Assembly (NCBI GenBank): GCA_000092065.1
Contig: CP000584.1
DNA from: Ostreococcus lucimarinus
Taxonomy: Eukaryota
Length of the DNA stretch: 64,000 nucleotides
Direction: 5' to 3' (one strand)
In this document: piece after piece, positions 10,901 through 19,400 of the stretch
How the letters are laid out: each line of letters begins with the position of its first letter
How positions within the stretch are numbered: position 1 is the first letter of the stretch
Position numbers and translations under genes: made by a program
Notes under the pieces: generated by a model
Database searches by the model: none
What the model was told of the DNA's origin: nothing
Seen by the model: only the letters and a program-made list of their open reading frames with translations

Positions 10901-12279
10901 TTCACCTTGGCCAAACAACGTTCGGGAAGCGAACCGTCTAGACGATACGCTGGATCTTCGAGCCAGTACACTGTCGCCGTGATATTTTCACTTAAGGACG
11001 CCGCTGTCACGCACTCGACACCATTCAATGCAAGTTTGGCGTGACCCATTTGCATCGACACGCAGTCGTCACGCAAGACTACACCGCACCTGTCATCGGC
11101 GCCAACCGAAGAAAGATGCAAAACCAACTCATGGTCGTCGTCGAACCCGTAAATACATCGCGCGTCACTCCAGCTCACATCTAATCGATCCGACAATTCA
11201 ATTCTAATCGCCGTCATCGTCAGTTTGCACACCACGTCGTCGAACGGCGCATCCATAGAAAACTGTGGACATTGAACGGTGAAGACCGTCGTTGCACTCG
11301 AAGGCTCCGCGGAAGAATCGATACCCAATGATTCCGACAACTCCCGTATTGCTACCTCTGCGTCGTCGAAGAACTCTTCGTTCAGCTCCTCGTTTGAGTC
11401 TTCGTAAACGCTGTCACCCATGCTCTCGCCCATGGCGTCGTTCGCTTCCTCATACGCGCTTGCGTACATGGCGGCCGACCCACTCGATAGCACATCGTCG
11501 ATGAATGAACGTCGCGGTCTCGACGTCGATGGCCGTTTTAGGCGAGCAGAAGATGCATTGGAACCAAATGCGTTCACGAGATCGACGAAATTCTTCACCG
11601 CGTGCACTGTAGCCGTCGTTTCGATGGTCTCCAACTCGACGTCGACGCGACTGAAATCACTTGGTATCTCTGCGTGCCCGGAAACGTCGCGCACCACGAC
11701 CTCGGACACCGAACATTCAACGCCAGTTGCGATTCGTCGCACAGACATCCCCGAGAAACTCACCCCTTGCCCGTGCGTATACTCTGCCGATTCGAGTCGC
11801 ACGAGAAACTTGCCCGCGCCCGCTGCGTCTTGCACCACTACGTTTACCCCTCTCAATCGCGCCTTGAGCCCACGACAGAGCGCATTCAACGCTTGCCGCA
11901 TGATCGCCGACCCTTGCGCGCGCGCGCCATCCTCTCTCTCGAGCGCGTCAAACACCTCCGCTTCGCCGCTCCCCGCGCTCGGTCGCGTCGTCACCGTCAC
12001 GTCCTCGAGCTCCAACGAGCACGACTCCCTCCCGATCGCCTCCCACGGAATCCGCCCCGTGACCGCCCCCACGCGCACCGCCACCAACTCCATACCCGTT
12101 CGCGCCTCAAAGTCGCCCGTCCACGCCGTGACGACGTTCGCGTCGAGCTCGACGTCCTCGAGTCTCGCCTCGCCCGCGCTCGCGTCCACTCTCGCTCGCC
12201 CGCGTTCGCCCTCACCGCCGCCGTCGCGCACCAACCGCGCGATCGCGCGTGATATGAAGTACTCGCATATTTTCCGCAT
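7984..12279 (-). CDS. ATG2: Autophagy-related protein 2 (ATG2), a VPS13-like lipid-transfer protein of ~1431 aa with a Chorein_N N-terminus and an ATG2 C-terminal domain.
   Basis: The N-terminus MRKICEYFISRAIARLV...LEDVELDANVV...GRIPWEAIGRESCSLELEDVTVT resembles the chorein-N domain. The long C-terminal conserved block (...IEIDRLSLRLDYCG...) resembles the ATG2 C-terminal domain. It is a single 4.3-kb exon. The listed ORF extends upstream to 12822 only because the GC-rich leader lacks stops. Confidence 0.7.
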   Translation of the reverse strand: MRKICEYFISRAIARLVRDGGGEGERGRARVDASAGEARLEDVELDANVVTAWTGDFEARTGMELVAVRVGAVTGRIPWEAIGRESCSLELEDVTVTTRPSAGSGEAEVFDALEREDGARAQGSAIMRQALNALCRGLKARLRGVNVVVQDAAGAGKFLVRLESAEYTHGQGVSFSGMSVRRIATGVECSVSEVVVRDVSGHAEIPSDFSRVDVELETIETTATVHAVKNFVDLVNAFGSNASSARLKRPSTSRPRRSFIDDVLSSGSAAMYASAYEEANDAMGESMGDSVYEDSNEELNEEFFDDAEVAIRELSESLGIDSSAEPSSATTVFTVQCPQFSMDAPFDDVVCKLTMTAIRIELSDRLDVSWSDARCIYGFDDDHELVLHLSSVGADDRCGVVLRDDCVSMQMGHAKLALNGVECVTAASLSENITATVYWLEDPAYRLDGSLPERCLAKVKNRREANETDTCLREQLANDASLFVKLNVPIIETRLSIDVVESVSTIIQSMYELPDNHPMALRVATPDSVMTPLAFGIDVGALRMQLDAPLTDGTCSTSTDDDSVLVECELRRARVFAATNIAGVLGSDFVWTQFDSARVTTDNVETVFVECRSSDQGASKSSLAFARMEGEPACADVNVVGMSASLTQCEPLIRRLNTFAPARDVDADTNVCDSSTLCFSLSLFELVLIYKSNDSFALIQNDFLRISSKGVECSHDAGVSTSFGVEMYCNEISAFMVPPEIKATDGIRTLPAFPFTNSTICAARFAPVMNAKAISLITSSSSSKTAIATVSTRSCVVSLQRDILRALKRLFMSEVEGADRPASPASGDENEYVFVSPVKKARDISHARYSSSVTEHEIAAATRDHDEMFPRRLEGQKRGSTETSEAHHRSLLVRRDTNARVGPNIIENFFYRSNRRVRRKRKTVLLAAGSVTAVRKHSSSRARAGGVNASIMSRSRFAGEFVEARLPAMPPSLPRVGDHAHTRYLPLPKDVVVPQSTVHVNGETFDVHILPGLFWSESPTSLPRHADSVEVDPLGVSAGIKLSLKTNTVRVDSFPQREGETAHRIACAVRDAVCTDVTAGATWPNVLKYDVLSGERGDRSDMCSLDIMAVRPDAKTPSEVEYLFKASSIPIHVKLDQRVLKLALDVFADDSDDSSHVASPPREESIYFQKIEIDRLSLRLDYCGRQVDIDSLRSGNLLEALNLVPWDGVLLDIQPLRLTGIAGVVPVVQTAVNAWLDDITRTQAHKFVQSVKPIKSATNIGRRAAGLVSKPLEFHRNNRRGGVVAGFALGVASFVKEVSLSSIELGAFAAGQSAALLAAAEGMIVDAEREIEDVSSPTNVFHGLSLASKTAWRGARRATDALVVEPIRDYATGDVTSSAALLGAVRKVPYAAVTGAKGFTKAVDHALSGAVASFRPPSRDADASCDADDFP

Positions 12280-12552
12280 CCTCGCTCGCTCTCGCGCGCG
12301 CGCGTCCCCGCCGTCGCCGCGCCGACGAAATCCGAGGTGCCGAGTGACAGGTGCGTCGCGTTCGCGTCGCGCGTTTAAATTCTGCGCCTCGCCCGCGCGC
12401 GCGAGCTCGCGCGCGCGCCGCGAGCCTTCGCGCGCGACCGATCGACGCCTCGCGACGGCGTTCGCGCGCGCGCGCGCGTGTGGTGCCGCGGGTCGATGCG
12501 CGCTCGAATCGCACCGCACATCGCGACGCGTCGCTCGCGACCGATCGCGCGC

Positions 12553-12768
12553 ATGACGCGCACGGAGGTCACGCTCGCGGTCGACTTCGCGTGCGAAGGG
12601 TGCGCGGCGTCTGTGCGCAGGATCGCTGAGCGCATCGAGGGCGTGCGCGAGGTCGAGATCGACGTCGAGGCGAAGCGGTGCGTGGTGCGCGGGGACGCGT
12701 TGGACGCGGAGGACGTTCTCGCGCGCGTGCGCAAGTGTGGACGCGCGACGACGCTGCTGATGGAGTGA
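12553..12768 (+). CDS. Small heavy-metal-associated (HMA) domain protein, a putative copper chaperone (71 aa).
   Basis: MTRTEVTLAVDFACEGCAASVRRIAERIEGVREVEIDVEAKRCVVRG... has the HMA fold and a CxxC metal-binding motif. It is divergent from ATG2 with a 273-bp spacer. Confidence 0.55.
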   Translation: MTRTEVTLAVDFACEGCAASVRRIAERIEGVREVEIDVEAKRCVVRGDALDAEDVLARVRKCGRATTLLME

Positions 12769-12818
12769 CTTGCTCGTGTCCTGATGTTTTATTAGCGCGC
12801 GCGGGACGAATGGCACGA

Positions 12819-14234
12819 TCACGCGTCGTCGTCGTCGTCGCGCCGGCGGCCGCGGCGAACGGGCTTGGCGAACTTGGTCGCGACTTCGGGACCTTCGTCG
12901 TCGTCCTCGCCGTCGATGTCCCTGCCGTCGCAGACGTATAAAGCGACGAAAGTGCGACCGTAGCGCCGGTCGCGGACGCGGCGGAGACGCTTGCCGATGC
13001 TCGGGAGGATGTCACGCGCTTGGCCTTTGGCGTACTCGACGAGTAAAATGGTCGAGTCTTTGACCAGCGCCGACTCATCGAGCTGGAGGAGGAGCTCGGG
13101 ATACGATACTTTTTCGTACGGAGGGCAGAACGATATGAAATCGAACGCGCCGCCGACGCCTCGAGCGTTTTTGTGGTGCTGGTTCATGAAGGCTTGCACG
13201 CTTGCGGTGTGTGTCGTCGTTTGCTTGGTGAGACCGAGCGAATTCAGATTCTTGTTCGTGACGTTGTTCACCACCCAGGGGTCCATTTCGACGAAATGTG
13301 CCTCGACGACACCGCGCGATATCGACTCGATGCCGATCGCGCCAGTGCCGCAGAACATGTCCAACCATCTCGAGTCTGGCGGAAACTGCACGTTGCTTCG
13401 CGAACCGAGAAAGTTTAACATCATATCAAACGTCGCCCCACGCACCATGGACATCATCGGTCGCGTGTCTAAACCGCTCGGCGACAAAAGCTTTCTTCGT
13501 GCATACTTTCCAGCCACGATGGTCATGCGCTTGTGCGTTTTTCTCGTCGCCTCGTATTCCTTCTTCTTGTTAAACGTCGCCACCTCTTGTTTTTCCTCCT
13601 CGATTGCAAATAACAGATCCCTCGGTACCCCCATGCGCACCATGCGCTCGATGTCCTCCTTTTTCATCCCTTTATCATCCCTCTTTGCGTTTATCTCACT
13701 ACTTTCGCCCACCACGCGCTTCGGCTTCGCATCCGCCGCCGCGACGCCGCGCGGGTTCTTCTTCGGCGACTTTAACGACGTGTTCACCGCCTCCGAACTC
13801 CCACTCGCGCGATCGTTCTTCGTCGGCACGCGCACAAAGTCCATGACATATCCATTGCCACTGTCTTCGTCGTCGATGTTGAACAAATCTTCATTCGCCA
13901 CGCGCACGTTGGCGCCCTCCGGGACGAAGAACCAGTCGTCGTCCTCGTCGTCGTCCTCGTCGTCCCAGTCTTCATCGTCTTCGATCGCGATCGGGTCGTC
14001 GTCCTCCAAGTCTTCCTCGTTCCAAAACAATAAATCTTCCTCCGCGTCGGCCGCGCTGTCGTACTGTCCCTTGGCGCGCGTCGCGAGCGCGCGGCGCGGG
14101 AACGGAATCGACACGCGGTGGCGGCGGCGGCGGACGGGGACAGCGCGCGGTCGCGCGCACGACGTCGATGGCGGCGTCGCGACGCGAGAGCTCGACAGCA
14201 CGATTTGAGCGTGCGCGTGTGGCATCGCGCGCAT
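12819..14234 (-). CDS. RsmD-like (N6-adenine / m2G966 class) RNA methyltransferase with an organellar presequence and an acidic insert.
   Basis: RWLDMFCGTGAIGIESISRGVVEAHFVEMDPWVVNNV...FDFISFCPPYEKVSYPELL...TILLVEY shows the Cons_hypoth95/RsmD motifs (SAM-binding GxG and the PPY motif). The N-terminus is Arg/Ala-rich, followed by a poly-Asp/Glu stretch. Confidence 0.65.
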   Translation of the reverse strand: MRAMPHAHAQIVLSSSRVATPPSTSCARPRAVPVRRRRHRVSIPFPRRALATRAKGQYDSAADAEEDLLFWNEEDLEDDDPIAIEDDEDWDDEDDDEDDDWFFVPEGANVRVANEDLFNIDDEDSGNGYVMDFVRVPTKNDRASGSSEAVNTSLKSPKKNPRGVAAADAKPKRVVGESSEINAKRDDKGMKKEDIERMVRMGVPRDLLFAIEEEKQEVATFNKKKEYEATRKTHKRMTIVAGKYARRKLLSPSGLDTRPMMSMVRGATFDMMLNFLGSRSNVQFPPDSRWLDMFCGTGAIGIESISRGVVEAHFVEMDPWVVNNVTNKNLNSLGLTKQTTTHTASVQAFMNQHHKNARGVGGAFDFISFCPPYEKVSYPELLLQLDESALVKDSTILLVEYAKGQARDILPSIGKRLRRVRDRRYGRTFVALYVCDGRDIDGEDDDEGPEVATKFAKPVRRGRRRDDDDDA

Positions 14235-14317
14235 CGGGAGCGCGGTCGAGGACGCGCGGATGTGTGCGGAACTTCGGCGGGCTACGCTAGAAACTAGAAA
14301 CTACAAATAACGAGGTG

Positions 14318-16111
14318 TCAATTCGACGCGGTCCAGAACGTTTCCTCGTTTTCGGCGCCGTAACCGACGTAACGAGGTCGACGTTTACCCGCGGGAGTGA
14401 AGTGCTTGAGATAAAATGGAAGCCCGCCCTCGACTTCGACGACGTCGTCGAAGACTTCGGCGAGCGCGCGCAAGGCGTCCAAATGATACGCCTCGGAGGC
14501 TTCGGCGGCATGAAAGACGACGACTGGGGACGATTTGTCGGCGTATTTGCCATCAGCGTTGATGTTGTCTATCATCACGTCCACGGCTGGGTTGTCCACG
14601 GCGTCTGATAAGCCACCCGTGCGAATCGCCGCGGGCATGGACGTTGCTCCCTTGAGCGTCTCTCGATTGAAGTCTTTGACGGGACGAATGTCAAAGACAA
14701 CGGCGCCGCCTTCGATCAAGCGCTGCGCCTCGCCAATATTTTCGACGCGCCATGGCAGGGGCTCTTCATCTTCCTCTTCTACGATCATGACAGGTTCGGC
14801 GTTTTTGGCGTGTTCCTGCACCGCGATTCGCAACTTTGCCTTCGCGTCCTCTCGCATCTTTACCGCCTCGGCGTCGGGCTCTTTCAACAATTTATCACGT
14901 GCTTCATCGCGCGCGGCTTTCCTCGTAGCCGCGCGTCGAGCGGCGACGAGCTCTTCGGGCTCTTGCCAACGCATGTACTCTCGAGCGAGCTGAATATTAT
15001 TCACGTTTTCTTGCTCGCCAACGACGTTGCGTCCGCACGCCAACAGCCGCTCCAGCGTGATCGTCACGTCGCCTAATTTCAACCTCCGACGTTCATCTAA
15101 ACCGACGAGCGAGTCATTTAAACCATCTAAGCCGACGTTGAACACGAAATCACTGACGGCGTCATCATACACACGCGCGCGTAACGCGCCGAAGAAATCT
15201 AAAGGCTGATTCGGAAATGTCGCGACGAGCGTTTCGCAACACGCCGTCGTCAACCCGTCATCCTTCATCATAGCGTGTATCATCTCAACCAACTCTTGCG
15301 ACGTCGGCTCCCACATCCAAAGATCCATTCGACCGTCTCTCGTTAGAGGCGCATACAGTCGAGAAAAATCATTCCCCGTGACGATGATTGGCACGCGCGC
15401 GTTGGTAGATTTGGAGTCCGTCCTCCAAACCAGTCCCTCGCTCACGATCGTGGGATTGTCACAAATGTTCATCAACGTCCCGTGCGTGATTTGATTATTT
15501 ACAGTCCCCAGATCGTCCTTAAACTTACCGATCCCGGCGTCGATGTCGTTGATAATAAGACAACTCAACTTCCCCGTCTCTCTCATCGCTCGCGCGGCGG
15601 TCAGATACCTTCGCCGCAACATCGCCCCGGGCTCCCCCGCCGTCGAATCCTCCAACTCCCCCGCGCTCGTTACGATCGGCTGCAACCCCATTTTCTTACA
15701 CGCCAACTCCACGTTCATCGTTTTGCCGCAACCCTTGTGTCCCCAAATCCCCAAAATTAACGCCGGAGACGTCGCGCCGAGCGCCCCCTTATCCTTCAAC
15801 AAGTTCTTCACCACGTGCGTCGCCACGCGCTCGGCGAAGCGTTCCGGCACGTGAAACCCATCGAGCGCGGCGAACGTTCGAAACTCACGCTCGCGATGTT
15901 CGCCCGTCGCGACGTCCGCGTCGACGCCGAGAACGCTTCCTTTAAAGAGCTCTTCTTCGACACCGCTGCGTTGCGAGTAGATGAAATCTTGCCCGCCGAG
16001 CGCGTCCTCGCGCGCCGCGCGTCGCGTTCGACCGCGCGAGACGCGCCCCTGACGCGCCACGCGCGCACCGACGGGCGCGCGCGACGTCCGCGCGGGCCCG
16101 CGCGGCGCCAT
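14318..16111 (-). CDS. RCA: Rubisco activase (green-type AAA+) continuing in the same ORF into a charged coiled-coil linker and a C-terminal rhodanese-like domain.
   Basis: LILGIWGHKGCGKT...SAGELEDSTAGEPGAMLRRRY...CLIINDIDAG...VPIIVTGNDFSRLYAPLTRDGRMDLWMWEPT is near-identical in pattern to plant and algal RCA. The ORF then runs without a stop through a K/E/A-rich linker into AVVFDIRPVKDFNRETLKGATSMP...SSPVVVFHAAEASEAYHLDALRALAEVFDDVVEVEGGLPFY, a rhodanese-homology fold with Ala in place of the active-site Cys. Start is Met 16111 or 16231. Confidence 0.85.
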   Translation of the reverse strand: MAPRGPARTSRAPVGARVARQGRVSRGRTRRAAREDALGGQDFIYSQRSGVEEELFKGSVLGVDADVATGEHREREFRTFAALDGFHVPERFAERVATHVVKNLLKDKGALGATSPALILGIWGHKGCGKTMNVELACKKMGLQPIVTSAGELEDSTAGEPGAMLRRRYLTAARAMRETGKLSCLIINDIDAGIGKFKDDLGTVNNQITHGTLMNICDNPTIVSEGLVWRTDSKSTNARVPIIVTGNDFSRLYAPLTRDGRMDLWMWEPTSQELVEMIHAMMKDDGLTTACCETLVATFPNQPLDFFGALRARVYDDAVSDFVFNVGLDGLNDSLVGLDERRRLKLGDVTITLERLLACGRNVVGEQENVNNIQLAREYMRWQEPEELVAARRAATRKAARDEARDKLLKEPDAEAVKMREDAKAKLRIAVQEHAKNAEPVMIVEEEDEEPLPWRVENIGEAQRLIEGGAVVFDIRPVKDFNRETLKGATSMPAAIRTGGLSDAVDNPAVDVMIDNINADGKYADKSSPVVVFHAAEASEAYHLDALRALAEVFDDVVEVEGGLPFYLKHFTPAGKRRPRYVGYGAENEETFWTASN

Positions 16112-16423
16112 CGCGCGAAACACTGTCGCTTCGGGACAAAAGTGCGCGCGAGACGACGGGGACACGAGCCGCGGGCGTTCGCGCGCCGCACAACGCGACG
16201 ACGACGCGCGCGACGCGCGCGCGCGGCGCACACGGGTCGACGCGCGAACGGCACGAACGTTGGCGGCGCGCGAACGACGCGCGGGGCGAAGGCGACGCGA
16301 CGTGGGACGATTGATGCGCGACGGTTCGAGCCGTTACTGCCGACGCGCAAACAATCGTCGACGCGTGCTGACGAAAGGCGCGCGCGCGAAGGTGGAGGAG
16401 CGAACGAGGAGTGGATAGTGATC

Positions 16424-19400
16424 ATGGATGATAAGGTAGAACGGCGCGAGCGCACGGCGCGAGCGCTTCGCGAGGCGGAGTACGCGAAGGCGCAGCGAGG
16501 AAACTTTTTCGTGAGGAATCACGCGCGCGCCAAGCGGTATTGGTACGAGTTGAATCAAAACGATACCTCGTTGTACTTGTTCCCGCCCAGGAGTGGCGTG
16601 CGAAGGAACGCGCAACGATTGATTGCGTGGAAGTGGTTCGAGAGGGTGACGATCATGCTCATCGTGGCGAACTGCTTCACGCTCGCGTTGTACCGGCCGC
16701 TGGAGAAGCACGGACGAACGAATCAAAATTTAGAAGTCGCCGAAACGATCTTTACGGTGATGTTCACGTTGGAGTTTTTAGCGCGCGTGGTGGCGAATAA
16801 CTTTATATTCGGTCCGCCCGAATCGGACGTGTACTTGAGGGATGGATGGCGAGTTTTAGATTTCACCGTCGTCATCGGCGGTTGGGTCTCCGTCGGAGTT
16901 ATGGTCGCTGGTGGATCTGGAGGAGGTCTCACAGCTATTCGAGGTATTCGTGCACTGAGACCACTGCGATCGATTTCAGGGTTCCCTGGATTGCGCGTGT
17001 TCGTCTCGACGACATTTGCGTCGATGGGTATGGTTAGGGATGTCGTGTTTTTCCTCTTCGTCGTAATGATAGTCTTGGGTATCCTCGGCGTGCAGCGCTA
17101 CGCGGGTAAGCTGTCGAACAGATGCGCGTACGCAAGCACACTCGATCTCGTCATGGAACAAATCGAGTTTCCGTGCTCAAAATCTACCGGCGGTCGTTCT
17201 TGTGGACCCATGCAAGTGTGCATCGCTACTGCGTTGACGGGCATGGACGACGGTCATTCAACTTTCAACAACATCATGGGTGCGGGATTTATAATTTATA
17301 GAGTTTTGACATTGCGTGGGTGGACAGATTTGATGTATCAAGTCATAGACGCCACCGGTGATCGTGTTTTGGCGATAATTTACTTCATCATCATCGTCGC
17401 CGTCGGCGCAATTTTTGTTTCATCCTTTATGTTGGCGGCGGTGACGACAAAGTATCGACAGACGGCAATTTTAGACGAAAAAAGGGCGCTGGACGCCGAG
17501 ACGGAAGACAAATCGAAAGCGTTGAGCAATCCAAAAAGTAAGAGAGTGCTGGCGAGCAGGAGGGCGGGCCGATTTAGCTATGGAGAGCGCCTGGAGCGAA
17601 TGATGGAACGACCGTTGGCGTTCATGCGGCGGGAGTTCATCTACCAGCGTTGGCTGCAGATGTTTGTGAAGCACAAGTATTTCGAAAATGGTATAACTAG
17701 TGCGATTGTGGTAAATACAATCATACTGGCGGTGCACTTTCGTGGTATGGGGAGCGAGATGGAGACAGCTGTGAATAATCTGAATTACTTGCTTTTGTCA
17801 GTCTTCGTGTTCGAGTTGGTGATGAAAGTACTCGCATTCGGAATTTTAGGATATAGCAAGGATCGCTACAATTTGTTCGACGCGACTGTTGTCACTGCCG
17901 GTCTGATAGAGCTGGCATATCGTAACAGCAGCTTGGCCGTCGCACGCGCGTTCCGTCTGTTGCGAGTGATGCGCACGACTCGCCTCATCACAAGAAACAA
18001 GAACATGCGGCGTTTGATAGATACCACCATGGAGAGCTTCAGTGCTATTCTGAACTTTTGCGGTGTCCTATTCGTCTTTGTTTTCGTCTTCACGGTTTTA
18101 GGCATGCAGCTATTTGGTGGACGCGACGAGTTTTGGGATGCGCGGCCGAATTTCAACACCTTTGGGGATAGTTTTCTCTCTGTATTCGAGATTCTGACGG
18201 GATCGCATTGGTACAAGTTGATGCTCGTCGCCATGAGTGGCTCGTACGGCGCCCCTGCAGCCTTGTTTTTCATTTGCTGGTCCTTCATCGGTTCATTTGT
18301 GCTGTTGAATCTCATCGCGGCGATGCTCATTGACACATTTTCACGCACGATGCGAGCAAAGGAGCTCGAACTCGAGCGTTTGCGCGAGGAAAAGAAAGAG
18401 ACGGAACGCCGAGAGGCCGAGGCCAAACGTCAACGAGAAATCAATACTCTTCTCGAGGGAAACAATGATGATGAGATGGATAAGGTGGAAGTGCACCAGG
18501 AAGGCATAAGCACGGAGTTAACACGGTTGATGAAACCAAACGAGATTCGACGCCATCCGGATGCCAAGCGCATCGTGAATAGGATGAATACACGCAAACA
18601 GCGAGCATTTGCGAGAGAGGTGCAGCTGATAGAAAGGTGGCTGGAGATAATAGGTTTCACAGAAAATGATAGTGATGTTGACAGCGATAGTGAAGACAAC
18701 GCGGTGGATGCCAATGAACAGCTCGTCAAGGACCGAGCACTTTTAGTTGACGAGTTGGCGGTTGATGATGGCGTGCCAGAGAGCCAACTGACGACGCTCA
18801 TGCGAGAAAAGGCATCTAGAAAAGTATCCGCACTTGTCGCTACTGGTATCCCGATTCCCATGGATGATCGCCAGGTAAGGGCGGCCTATCGACGTTGGAG
18901 AATTGACGCGGCGGCGGAACAAGGCAGCGATAGCGACGAAGACATGAATATCCAGAACACAAACACACTACGGGATGAGTACGGCGGTACAGCGGACGGC
19001 ACGGCTGCCAGTGCAATGGAGGTCCGAAGACACTTGCAAGAACATGCGCTCGCTGAACTTCGACGCAGTCTGTTGGAGCGTAGCGGCGAGTCGGGTACTA
19101 AAGACGCGCTTCAATGGGCGTCGCAGGCGCCCACAATTGGCTTGGCGATGAAGAGCGCGGAGGCTCGGATGCGACCAGAAGAACAAACTGCGATCATCGC
19201 ACAACGTCGAGCGGAGGGCAACAAAAGTGGTCATCTCGGCAAATTCAAAGGAGACGGAATGAGCGCCGAAGGCGCTGCCGCAATCGCCGAGGCAAATTTG
19301 CTGAGCATGCGAATTCGCGAATCAGAGCGCTTGGAAGCTATAAAGAAGAAACGTGGCCAATCAGTCGACGAGGACGTGCCCGCGGCGTCCGACGACGTCG

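Noticed and set aside
12280-12822. Upstream in-frame extension of the ATG2 ORF
   Set aside because: The chorein-N domain of ATG2/VPS13 proteins starts at the N-terminus. The 181 extra codons are Arg/Ala-rich junk, and they lie within the divergent promoter shared with the HMA gene.
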